Both the position numbers and the translations under genes were made by a program. From contig CALYOH010000002.1 of the NCBI GenBank assembly GCA_945228905.1, positions 3,706-67,705 on the forward strand: a DNA stretch of 64,000 bases, given 5' to 3'. This stretch comes from an uncultured Bacillales bacterium. GTDB lineage: Bacteria; Bacillota_I; Bacilli_A; RF39; UBA660. The notes below the pieces were generated by a model, which saw only the letters and a list, made by a program, of their open reading frames with translations, was not told where the DNA came from and ran no database searches. Positions 1 through 8,301 of the stretch are shown here, piece after piece (the stretch's first letter is position 1; the number at the start of each line of letters is the position of its first letter).

Positions 1-647
1 GAATCAGTAACTAAAGGCATAACCATACCATAAGCTTCTTTATCTAGTTTCTTTCTAATTAATTCAATACCAGAAGTAATATTACCCCATTGATCTGAAC
101 CTGCTACTTGTAATTCACAATTATGTTCTTTAAATAAATAGTAGAAGTCCATTGCTTGTAATAACATATATGAGAATTCAGCAAAAGTAATACCAACATC
201 CATTCTAGATTTAACGTGATCTTTTGCTAACATATAGTTAACATTAAAATATTTACCATAATCTCTTAAGAAATCACAAATATTAACATCTTTAGTCCAA
301 TCCCAGTTATTAACAACATCAAAACCAAATATCTTCTTAGCTTGAGCAGTTAATCCCTTAATATTCTTTTCAACTTCCTCTTTACTAATTAAAGGTCTTT
401 CACTAGATGGTTTAGGATCTCCTATTAATCCAGTCGCACCACCTACTAATAATATTGGATGATGTCCAGCTTTAGCTAATCTTTTTGATATTAAAAATGA
501 ACTATAATGTCCAATATGCATAGAATCTGCAGTAGGATCAGTTCCAATATAAAAAGTCATTCCGCCTTTATTTAATTTATCTATTAATTCAGGACTACTA
601 ATATTTTGTACTAGTCCTCTCCATTCTAAGTCTTCAAATAATGTCAT
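1..647 (-). CDS. tyrS: Tyrosyl-tRNA synthetase, N-terminal part (gene continues beyond window start)
   Basis: My reverse-strand translation from ATG at 647 reads MTLFEDLEWRGLVQN...FYIGTDPTADSMHIGHY (class I HIGH signature)...QVAGSDQWGNITSG. ATGA start/stop overlap with the upstream CYTH gene. A T-box leader lies upstream of the operon. Confidence 0.9.
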   Translation of the reverse strand, partial: MTLFEDLEWRGLVQNISSPELIDKLNKGGMTFYIGTDPTADSMHIGHYSSFLISKRLAKAGHHPILLVGGATGLIGDPKPSSERPLISKEEVEKNIKGLTAQAKKIFGFDVVNNWDWTKDVNICDFLRDYGKYFNVNYMLAKDHVKSRMDVGITFAEFSYMLLQAMDFYYLFKEHNCELQVAGSDQWGNITSGIELIRKKLDKEAYGMVMPLVTD

Positions 648-1189
648 TTTCTTTCCTCCTCTAATTTTAAATTATAATCATTACTTAAATCATGACCATA
701 TTGTTTATATATACTATCTACATCTAATGTAGTACAATCTTCTTTTTTAAAACCTAAAGCTTCTACAGCATTATAAACATCATCTTCTGATGGCCCTTCA
801 ATCTCTAAATATGTAGGAATATGTGGCCAACTATCAATATCTACTTCTACATCATTTAATTTATATTGAATTCTTCTATTTTCTTGATATCCTTTAGCTT
901 CATATCCTAACTCTTTTAATATTAAATTGCATCTTTCAAAATCGTCCACTTCAATTTCAAGTTCTTGAGTACCATCAATTTCAGAAGACACAAGATTTTT
1001 AATAGTAAGAGTAGTTTTATCTCCATTAGTTCTTAATCTAATCCATTTACCATCAATTTTAGGTATAAAATCATAAACATATCTTCTTTGTAAATGATCC
1101 CACTCTAACTTAGCATGAGCTTTTTTTAATCTTTTCATAACATCTTCTTGATCTATTTCTAGTATTCTAACTTCATACTCAGTATGCAT
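644..1189 (-). CDS. CYTH-domain protein (class IV adenylate cyclase / triphosphatase-like)
   Basis: 181-aa ORF. The N-terminal EYEVRILEID and alternating charged beta-strand pattern are typical of CYTH/CyaB-like proteins. First gene after the T-box leader and translationally coupled to tyrS. Confidence 0.6.
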   Translation of the reverse strand: MHTEYEVRILEIDQEDVMKRLKKAHAKLEWDHLQRRYVYDFIPKIDGKWIRLRTNGDKTTLTIKNLVSSEIDGTQELEIEVDDFERCNLILKELGYEAKGYQENRRIQYKLNDVEVDIDSWPHIPTYLEIEGPSEDDVYNAVEALGFKKEDCTTLDVDSIYKQYGHDLSNDYNLKLEEERK

Positions 1190-1210
1190 AAAATCTCTCC
1201 TTTTTATAAT

Positions 1211-1407
1211 AAAAAAACGAACAAATCATCCTAAGGACGAAATGTTCGCGGTACCACCTTAATTCATGTAAAACATGCACTTATACTTTAACGCAGTTAA
1301 CGATTTTTCTCCAAGCAATGTAATTCATAAATATACTCTTCTTAATTCACACCAACCATTAAGTCTCTTTAAAGAAATATAGTTACTACTATTTTACTCA
1401 TCAACAA
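1211..1407 (-). promoter_or_regulatory. T-box leader (tyrosine-type by context) with terminator
   Basis: The reverse strand contains the AGAGA box, a GGTTGGTG distal-loop motif and the conserved T-box AAGGTGGTACCGCG. A terminator hairpin and U-run follow (GAACATTTCGTCC...GGATGATTTGTTCGTTTTTTT). Candidate Tyr specifiers UAU-A / UAC-A lie in the stem I region. Confidence 0.85.
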
Positions 1408-1464
1408 AAATTACAATAGTAATATAACATTATAAATAAAAAAAGTCAAAGATAATTGACTTTA

Positions 1465-1860
1465 TTATTTATTAATATATCCATCTCTAATAAACAGTAT
1501 ACATAAATGGAACAGCATTTTTCTCTCTTCATATGTCCAAGATAGATAATTGAAAAATATCTTTATCTAATATAGTAGCAAATCGTCCAATCTCTTCTTC
1601 TACTTTTTTTAAAGCAACATATAATAAATTATTATCACCATCAGCATAACCTCCAAGAGTAAGCCAAAAATTATATGTATTATGAAAAACCATTAATATC
1701 TTAGGTCTTTATTTGTTTAATACTAACCCACTAGAAGCAAAATGACATTTATCATTATTTCTAGTCAATACATCAGGATATATATTTAATTATTTTTCTT
1801 TTATTTGTTCCTCTTCCTTATCAAAACTTGATAATTATCAATAATATCTCTTATTTCCAT
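1465..1860 (-). pseudogene. NUDIX hydrolase pseudogene (frameshifted, several in-frame stops)
   Basis: SD (AGGAGGA) plus ATG at 1860, but the frame stops after about 19 codons. Other frames read ...HFASSGLVLNK*RPKILMVFHNTYNFWLTLGGYADGDNNLLYVALKKVEEEIGRF... (Nudix-box-like GGxxxxxExxxxAxxxExxEExG) and are again interrupted. A terminator hairpin lies at about 1440-1463. Confidence 0.55.
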
Positions 1861-1944
1861 TAAAATCCTCCTATAGAACATTATTTATTATAAATAGATA
1901 TATATTAAAAGATAATAAAAAAAGTATAAATTTATTATACTTTT

Positions 1945-2358
1945 TTATTTATCTTCTTTAGCTAATTTCTTTTGAGTTTCTTTAGAAACTTTAATAACAT
2001 TTTCTAAAACATCATTAGCAGTTTTCTTTAATACTGGAGTTCCTTTCTCAACAGCTAAGTCTACTAATTCTTGAGCTTTGGCTTTTAAAGCAGCTCCTTT
2101 TTCTTTAGCAATTTCTAATGCTTTTTCTTTGTCTAAATCTACTAATTCCATTTTAATTTCTTCAACTTTTTTATTGAATTCATTTTTAACTTCTTTAACA
2201 TCAATATTCTTAGTTTGATCAATAATATCATCTAATTTAGCTTTTAATTCTCTTCTAGTTTCTTCTCCCTTTTTAGGTGCGAATAAAACTCCTAATCCTG
2301 CTCCTACAGCAGCTCCTAAAACAAATTTTCCAAGTCCAAATTTTTTTTCTTTACTCAT
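1945..2358 (-). CDS. YtxH-like general stress protein
   Basis: MSKEKKFGLGKFVLGAAVGAGLGVLFAPKKGEETRRELK... has a Gly-zipper N-terminus followed by coiled coil, typical of the YtxH family. The start was moved to the internal ATG at 2358. Paired with the DUF948 gene as in ytxG-ytxH. Confidence 0.7.
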   Translation of the reverse strand: MSKEKKFGLGKFVLGAAVGAGLGVLFAPKKGEETRRELKAKLDDIIDQTKNIDVKEVKNEFNKKVEEIKMELVDLDKEKALEIAKEKGAALKAKAQELVDLAVEKGTPVLKKTANDVLENVIKVSKETQKKLAKEDK

Positions 2359-2644
2359 CTTCAAATTCCTCCTTTTTCTTTGTAAATTTATTAAATATTT
2401 TTGATAAAGCAGATGTAACTCCAAAAGCAACTGTATCACTTATACTAGCAATACCATCTGCAGCAGTTCTAATAATAGAGATTGCTCCATTAAAAGAATT
2501 TACTTTGTCCTCTACATTGTCTGCTATTCTATCAATTTTATCAAGTACTCTAATAAGTTTAAATGCTACTACAATTAAAACTACTAATAATATAATAGCA
2601 ACAACATATAGAACTGTTAATAAAAATGTATTAGCCATAATCAT
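2351..2644 (-). CDS. DUF948 (YtxG-like) membrane protein
   Basis: 97 aa with an N-terminal TM helix followed by a helical region (VLDKIDRIADNVEDKV...). Overlaps the ytxH-like start by 8 nt. Confidence 0.6.
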   Translation of the reverse strand: MIMANTFLLTVLYVVAIILLVVLIVVAFKLIRVLDKIDRIADNVEDKVNSFNGAISIIRTAADGIASISDTVAFGVTSALSKIFNKFTKKKEEFEDE

Positions 2645-2653
2645 ATCTCCCTT

Positions 2654-3787
2654 CTAATCATTTTCTTTATACATAGAATCAATTAGATCAAATAAATTAT
2701 CATCATCATCTAATGTTGGAGTAGCCTTAGACTCTTCTTTAACTTCATAATCTTTTTTATTATCTGTTTCTTCAGCTGTTTCTTCTATTTCTTCTTTATT
2801 TTCTTCTACGTCAGGTTCTGTCTTTGGCTCTTCTTTTTCAATTTCCTCTTTTATATCCTCTTCAATTGATTCTTCTTGTTTTTTAGGTGCTTGTTTTTCC
2901 ATACTAGCATCAACATAATCAACATTATATTCTAATCCTAAATCTTGGAAATATTCAACAGCATCTCCTACAGTTATTTCTTTAACTTCAGGTTTCTTCT
3001 CATCATTTAAATCAATTAATAGATTTTCATCTTCTTCAGTTTCTTCTTCAAATTTAGTTGTAGGAGTCTCTTCTAAGACTTCAGTTTTCTTTTCTTCTCT
3101 TCTACCATAAGCCTTATCTCTAACATCATCTACATTAATATTTACTCTACTATAACTAGATGTAAGTCTAACTTCTTTCTTTTGTACAACATCATCTTTT
3201 GTATAGTTCTTATCTAAAATACCATATATTGGAGAAATAATTGGGCTTGGTTTAAATGTAGTCTTCTCTTCTTTTCTCTCATAAGTACCATATTCATGAA
3301 CAGGCACTTTATATGTAGAATCCAGACCATAAGGTTTACTTTCTCTTTCTTTAGAAGCATTATAAGAATAAGCAGTTTCAGTTCTACTAGATATGTATTG
3401 TTCTTCTTTTTCTTTTTCTTCTTCTACTTCTCTAGCATTTATAGATCTAGTAACAGGTTCATATTCTTCTTTATCTATTACCTCTACTATTTCAGGATCA
3501 GCATCTACTTTAAAATCATTATCATCCATAAATTTAAATTCATGATGATTATCTTCTTTAATAGTCTCATCCTTAGGTCTAGATTCAAAATTATCATCTT
3601 TTAATTCTTCTTCTTCTAACTCTTCGATTTTCTCTTCTCTTTTTCCTGGTAAAACGATCTTTTTAGCAATAGGCTTATCTTCAGTTTCTACTACTTCTTT
3701 TCTTTTCTTTTCTTTTTTATCCGGTTCATCAACTTCAACGTATTCTACCTCAAAAAGAGCATTTTTTAATTTCTCAAATACACCCAT
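2654..3787 (-). CDS. Highly acidic low-complexity protein with N-terminal amphipathic helix (function unknown)
   Basis: 377-aa ORF that is very E/K/D-rich. N-terminus MGVFEKLKNALFEV and C-terminus DDDDNLFDLIDSMY. I could not recognise any catalytic motif. Confidence 0.4.
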   Translation of the reverse strand: MGVFEKLKNALFEVEYVEVDEPDKKEKKRKEVVETEDKPIAKKIVLPGKREEKIEELEEEELKDDNFESRPKDETIKEDNHHEFKFMDDNDFKVDADPEIVEVIDKEEYEPVTRSINAREVEEEKEKEEQYISSRTETAYSYNASKERESKPYGLDSTYKVPVHEYGTYERKEEKTTFKPSPIISPIYGILDKNYTKDDVVQKKEVRLTSSYSRVNINVDDVRDKAYGRREEKKTEVLEETPTTKFEEETEEDENLLIDLNDEKKPEVKEITVGDAVEYFQDLGLEYNVDYVDASMEKQAPKKQEESIEEDIKEEIEKEEPKTEPDVEENKEEIEETAEETDNKKDYEVKEESKATPTLDDDDNLFDLIDSMYKEND

Positions 3788-3803
3788 GAGTTCACCTCTT
3801 CAA

Positions 3804-4463
3804 TTAATAATCTATTTCAATTTTCTCATCTTCCAAATCTTTTTTATAAGCATCAGTTTCATTTCTTTCAACAACATCTAAATAAGACTCTTTTGAAGAA
3901 TCTGGTTTAAATAAAGAATACTCTTCTTCTTTATAATCTAATGCTTTATCTCCAATTAAACTTTCTATTACTGAATCATTAAATTTAAAAGATCTTAAAA
4001 TATAACACATATTATTAATAGATTTACTTAAATTATTCTTATCAACATAAGATTCAATCTTAACATAATTATACACAAATTGAATAAAGAACTTATTTCC
4101 ATATTGATCTATTTGAATATAACCATTTTTCTTATTATATTCAATCTTCTTAGAATAATAAGATTCATCATTAATATCATAATCATTTTCTATTTTATGA
4201 TAATAACTAATAAGATCTACATATAAGTAATATTTATTATTATATTGGTCTTTTAATAAAGCATTATAATCATCTTTACTAATAAAATTAACACCTTTTG
4301 GTAAATAATACTTATATCCATCATAATATACATTATAAAGTTTATTCTTTTTAGATAATATATAATCCATATTTGTAGGAAAATCATAATTATCTAATTT
4401 TTTAACTGCACATCCAGTTGTAAAAAGAATAACTATAGAGAGTAAAACGACTAATCTTTTCAT
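3804..4463 (-). CDS. Lipoprotein, function unknown
   Basis: N-terminus MKRLVVLLSIVILFTTGCAV carries a signal peptide with a lipobox (LFTTG|C). Confidence 0.6.
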   Translation of the reverse strand: MKRLVVLLSIVILFTTGCAVKKLDNYDFPTNMDYILSKKNKLYNVYYDGYKYYLPKGVNFISKDDYNALLKDQYNNKYYLYVDLISYYHKIENDYDINDESYYSKKIEYNKKNGYIQIDQYGNKFFIQFVYNYVKIESYVDKNNLSKSINNMCYILRSFKFNDSVIESLIGDKALDYKEEEYSLFKPDSSKESYLDVVERNETDAYKKDLEDEKIEIDY

Positions 4464-4539
4464 AATTCACCTACTCTTATTACATTATATCATTTTTTTG
4501 TCAAATGTAAAAACTTTTTACGTAAAATAAAGGACTTTA

Positions 4540-5160
4540 CTATTCTTTAATACACTCTACATAATAAATTGGCATGTCCTTAGATGAAAACCTATCTTCA
4601 TACTCTGTTGTTATATCAGGCATATTATCACTATGTAAATCTAAACTAATATCAACAAGTTTATATCCATTAGTACTAAAACTAACTAAAGAATATGTAA
4701 ATAAATCCTTATTATCAGTTCTCATAAATATATGTTTTTTTCCTTTAAAAATAAAATCATATTTCTTAAGAAATACTTCACTAGATAATCTTCTTAAATG
4801 ATGTCTTTTCTTAGGCCATGGATCAGAAAAATTTAAATAAATAGTATCTATTTCATGATCAAATAAATCATCTATATTTAAAGCATCTGCTCTTAACATA
4901 CATAAGTTATTTAATCCTTCAGGTACCTTTAATAAACCATTTGCAATAACACTATCATACTTTTCAATTCCAATATAATTAATATCCGGATTTTTAATAG
5001 CATTTCCAATAATAAATTTACCTTTTCCCATACCAATTTCTATATATATTGGATTATTATTTTTAAAGTAATCATTCCAATGTCCCTTATAATTGTCTCT
5101 TACTAAATAAGAGGAATTATTCATAATTTCTTCTTTATTTTTTACATTTCTAAGACGCAT
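4540..5160 (-). CDS. trmB: tRNA (guanine-N7)-methyltransferase
   Basis: IEIGMGKGKFI (SAM-binding G-loop) and FSDPWPKKRHHLRRL are motifs characteristic of TrmB. 206 aa. Confidence 0.85.
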   Translation of the reverse strand: MRLRNVKNKEEIMNNSSYLVRDNYKGHWNDYFKNNNPIYIEIGMGKGKFIIGNAIKNPDINYIGIEKYDSVIANGLLKVPEGLNNLCMLRADALNIDDLFDHEIDTIYLNFSDPWPKKRHHLRRLSSEVFLKKYDFIFKGKKHIFMRTDNKDLFTYSLVSFSTNGYKLVDISLDLHSDNMPDITTEYEDRFSSKDMPIYYVECIKE

Positions 5161-5247
5161 AAAATCACCTACAACATATTATACAATTTAATATGCTTTA
5201 TCACAATATATATGATATACTTATTATTAGAAAGTGAGGAAGAAGAC

Positions 5248-6561
5248 ATGTTAAAACTAAAGAATATAGAAAAAAAACAATTCGATGAATATGTAAAAAA
5301 TCATAAGACTAAATCTCATTTTCTACAATCATTATCTTGGGGAGAATTTGCTAAAGTAAAAAAGAATTTAACTCCATATTATTTAGGACTAGTTAATGAT
5401 AAAGATGAGCTTGTAGGAGCAACCTTATTACTAGAAAAGAAACTACCTATGAATTATACTTACTTTTATGCTCCAAGAGGATTTGTTATAGATTATAAGA
5501 AAAAAGAAATTGTAAGAGAAATGACTAAAAAAGTAGTCGAATTTGCTAAAGGTAAAAAAGCTATATTTGTAAAGATAGATCCAGATATAATTAAAACTTC
5601 ATTTAATTATCTAAATGAAGAAACTAAGAATCCTGATGCAGATGAAATATTTAATACATTAAAAAGTTGTGGATTTAAACATCAAGGTTTTACAAAGAAC
5701 TTTGAAACAATGCAACCAAGATATACATTTAGAATAGATTTAGATCAAAGTTTAGAAGATATAGAAGAACACTTTTCTAAAACAACTAAACAACGTATTG
5801 CTAAATCATTAAAATTAGATACAGAAGTAGTTATAGGAGATCAAAGTGATATTAAAGAATTCTATCATTTAATGACACTTACAGAAAATAGAAAGGATTT
5901 TATTTCATATAATGAAGATTACTATGAAACACTATATGAAATATTTAATGGTAATAAAAATAGTAAAGCTACTTTATTCTTAGGAAAAGTACACATAAAT
6001 AAAACTATTAAAGCATTAGAAAAAAACTTAAAAGTAATAAATAATCAAATATCTATATTACCAATAGATAACTTAAGTAAAAGTGCGAAAGCTAAATTAA
6101 CAGAATTAACTAAACAAAAATATAATATTATTAAAGAAATAGATAAGTATAATGACTATAAAAAAGAATATGGAAATGATATTACATTAAGTGCTCATAT
6201 GATAATAGAGTATGGTGATAAAGCATGGGTTTTATATGCAAGTAACCATAATATATTAAGTGAGACATATGTAAACTATAATACATATTTTGAGCATCTA
6301 AAGTATTGTAAAAATCAAGGATTAAAAATATATGATCAATTTGGTACTATAGGTGACTTATCAAAAGATAATCCAAGGTTAGGACTACATGAATTTAAAA
6401 AGAAATTCGGTGGAGACTATGTAGAATTTTTAGGAGAATGGGATTATATAACTAATCATTTTATGTACTTTATATTTACTAAACTAGTACCAATCTATAG
6501 AAAACTAGTTAGAAGAAAAAGTAAGAAAGAATTAAAAGAAGAAATAAAAAAAGAAACATAA
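5248..6561 (+). CDS. FemAB-family peptidoglycan interpeptide-bridge aminoacyltransferase
   Basis: FLQSLSWGEFAK...YAPRGFVIDY plus a central coiled-coil insertion and a C-terminal LHEFKKKFGG, which is the typical FemX/FemA/MurM architecture. Start set at ATG 5248, preceded by AGTGAGGAAG. Confidence 0.8.
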   Translation: MLKLKNIEKKQFDEYVKNHKTKSHFLQSLSWGEFAKVKKNLTPYYLGLVNDKDELVGATLLLEKKLPMNYTYFYAPRGFVIDYKKKEIVREMTKKVVEFAKGKKAIFVKIDPDIIKTSFNYLNEETKNPDADEIFNTLKSCGFKHQGFTKNFETMQPRYTFRIDLDQSLEDIEEHFSKTTKQRIAKSLKLDTEVVIGDQSDIKEFYHLMTLTENRKDFISYNEDYYETLYEIFNGNKNSKATLFLGKVHINKTIKALEKNLKVINNQISILPIDNLSKSAKAKLTELTKQKYNIIKEIDKYNDYKKEYGNDITLSAHMIIEYGDKAWVLYASNHNILSETYVNYNTYFEHLKYCKNQGLKIYDQFGTIGDLSKDNPRLGLHEFKKKFGGDYVEFLGEWDYITNHFMYFIFTKLVPIYRKLVRRKSKKELKEEIKKET

Positions 6562-6579
6562 GAACTGGTTAGATAAATT

Positions 6580-7266
6580 TCTACACGAAATAGAAAGATC
6601 TAACTATGACTACAGCGATATTTTGTTGCTGTAGTTTTTAGTTTATTTTTGATTTTTATGTTATTATTATAGTTCTAATTTGATTTATAGTTCATCAATA
6701 TTTTTTAGATAATTGTTCTTGATGAAAACTTTAAATTGACCGTTGAGTGTTTCTATCCAAGGATTATGAGTACATGTATATGGGACAGACATACTTGGAA
6801 TAAGATTCATTTCAGCGGTTTTTGTGTTATATATTCCACTTTTATACATACCACCACGATCAGAATGTAATATTACATCATCTAGTTTATAGTCACTATT
6901 ATTTAATAAATTGGAATTTGTACGTATTTCTTTTTCCAGGAAAGTGTTGATTTTTTTAATATTTCATATCCCACATTATTTTCAATTATTTCTACTTTTT
7001 CAATCCTTTTTTATTTTTAAAGCAATATTCTTCGCTTTCTTGAATATACTCTCTAATCCACTTATTAATTGTATCTGTACATTTCTTTTTGCCTAAAACT
7101 ATTCTTTCTACTTCCACTTACTTTCATTTAAGATTTCTTATCAACTAAAACAATTTTTACAGCTTTAATTTTTTCTTCTCTAGTAAAATTTCTATATTCT
7201 CTTGTATACATATCCTCCATTAATTTTAACATATAAAAAATCTACACGCTTTTTATTTCGTGTAGA
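6580..7266 (-). mobile_element. Decayed IS3-family insertion sequence (internally deleted, multiple stops) bounded by imperfect inverted repeats
   Basis: The reverse strand reads an OrfA-like MYTREYRNFTREEKIKAVKIVL... and then an integrase-core tail ...DDVILHSDRGGMYKSGIYNTKTAEMNLIPSMSVPYTCTHNPWIETLNGQFKVF... broken by stops. TCTACACGAAATAGAAAG (6580-6597) matches the reverse complement of 7249-7266 at 17 of 18 positions. Confidence 0.6.
6610..6639 (+). terminator. Rho-independent terminator after the FemAB gene
   Basis: CTACAGC-gatattttgtt-GCTGTAG followed by TTTTT. Confidence 0.6.
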
Positions 7267-7267
7267 T
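7240..7267 (-). terminator. Rho-independent terminator of the WXG/hydrolase operon
   Basis: On the minus strand ATCTACACG-aaataaaaag-CGTGTAGAT is followed by TTTTTT, 40 nt downstream of the last WXG100 gene. Confidence 0.6.
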
Positions 7268-7308
7268 TTTCTTAAAATCACTTATTAAGCTTCTTTTTAT
7301 TTTTAAAA

Positions 7309-7608
7309 TTAGTTTTGTGTAACAACATTGCTTGCTGCAGCATCTGCATCTTCGTTAGCAGCAGTTACATTGTAAATATGATTTCTCATAGTTACTACTT
7401 TATTATAGAATACTTCATAATTCTTACGAATTTCGTTATAACGTTCTCTAGCATTGTCAGCACCTGTACTACCCCAGTTAGAGCCATATAAACTATTCAT
7501 AACTCCATCAATATCATTAAAAATACCCATAATATTTTCAGCATTATTCTTTACACCATCTGCATAACTTCTTGCTCCAGCATAATCTTTTTCTTCAAAC
7601 TCGTTCAT
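7309..7608 (-). CDS. WXG100-family (EsxA/ESAT-6-like) protein
   Basis: 99 aa with a helix-turn-helix composition and a central W-x-G (SNWGSTGADNARERY). SD AAGGAGG upstream. Confidence 0.75.
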   Translation of the reverse strand: MNEFEEKDYAGARSYADGVKNNAENIMGIFNDIDGVMNSLYGSNWGSTGADNARERYNEIRKNYEVFYNKVVTMRNHIYNVTAANEDADAAASNVVTQN

Positions 7609-7622
7609 AATTAACCTCCTTA

Positions 7623-7919
7623 CTAGAATAGACGTGCGCCAGCGTTGGCGTTATCTTCTTCTGTTTTATTTAATATATTTGCAGCAGCACTAATACTTTC
7701 ACCTAAATCATTTAATAAGATTTTAAAAGCATTGAAATTATTAGCTTGTTCTTCATATGAAGCACTAAATTCATTAGCAGACATACCTTTCCATAAAGTC
7801 ATAAGACCATCAATATTAGATCTTAAACTATTTAATTCATTTTCTAGATATTCTGCATTAGCAACAGTATCTTTACCATTAGTGTTCATTGCAGCTGTGT
7901 CAGCATGTAAACCAGACAT
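7623..7919 (-). CDS. WXG100-family (EsxA-like) protein
   Basis: 98 aa with a central LWKGMSANEF (W-x-G). The start was placed at the second ATG to give proper SD spacing (AGGAGG-N8-ATG). Confidence 0.75.
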   Translation of the reverse strand: MSGLHADTAAMNTNGKDTVANAEYLENELNSLRSNIDGLMTLWKGMSANEFSASYEEQANNFNAFKILLNDLGESISAAANILNKTEEDNANAGARLF

Positions 7920-8002
7920 AATCATAACCTCCTATCTATAAAAATTATATCATAATTTGTAAAATTGCATACTCTTTACACTAAAAATTACATTGTTTTA
8001 CA

Positions 8003-8290
8003 TTATATATTTAATGCGGCTAGCTCATCATCTAAACTTTGAATTGCTTGAGCAGCACTTTTAATAAACTCACCAATCTTTTGAGCTTCTTCAGCATTAG
8101 CTTGAGCTAAAGCAACTTGAGCATCACATTGCTTTGTAAAAGAAGTCTTAGCTGATCCATCCCATGAAGCCAAATCACTTGTTACAGTTCCTGAATAATT
8201 AGATACTGCTGATTGTAAATCAGAAGCCATTGAAACCAACTTATCTCCTGCTGAAATAACTTGTTCAACATCACAAACAAACTTTGCCAT
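8003..8290 (-). CDS. WXG100-family protein, related to the N-terminal domain of the two following large proteins
   Basis: 95 aa with SWDGSAKTSF (W-x-G). The N-terminus FVCDVEQVISAGDKL aligns by eye with LFLLDCDSVTSGASSL of the 8302 and 9456 proteins. Confidence 0.75.
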   Translation of the reverse strand: MAKFVCDVEQVISAGDKLVSMASDLQSAVSNYSGTVTSDLASWDGSAKTSFTKQCDAQVALAQANAEEAQKIGEFIKSAAQAIQSLDDELAALNI

Positions 8291-8301
8291 ATTTTTACCT
8301 C

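Noticed and set aside
2277-3604. Plus-strand ORFs 2277-2657 and 3296-3604, and similar antisense ORFs across the window (for example 10537-10749, 11803-12009, 20691-20900, 52872-53054, 55845-56093).
   Set aside because: They have low-complexity F/I/L/S-rich translations typical of antisense frames in AT-rich DNA. All are nested in longer, motif-supported minus-strand genes and lack SD sequences.
2654-3787. Calling the acidic 377-aa protein SepF or another divisome factor, on the basis of its MGVFEKLKNALF amphipathic N-terminus and DLFDLID C-terminus.
   Set aside because: I cannot see a conserved SepF core domain. The composition-driven similarity is insufficient, so it is left as unknown.
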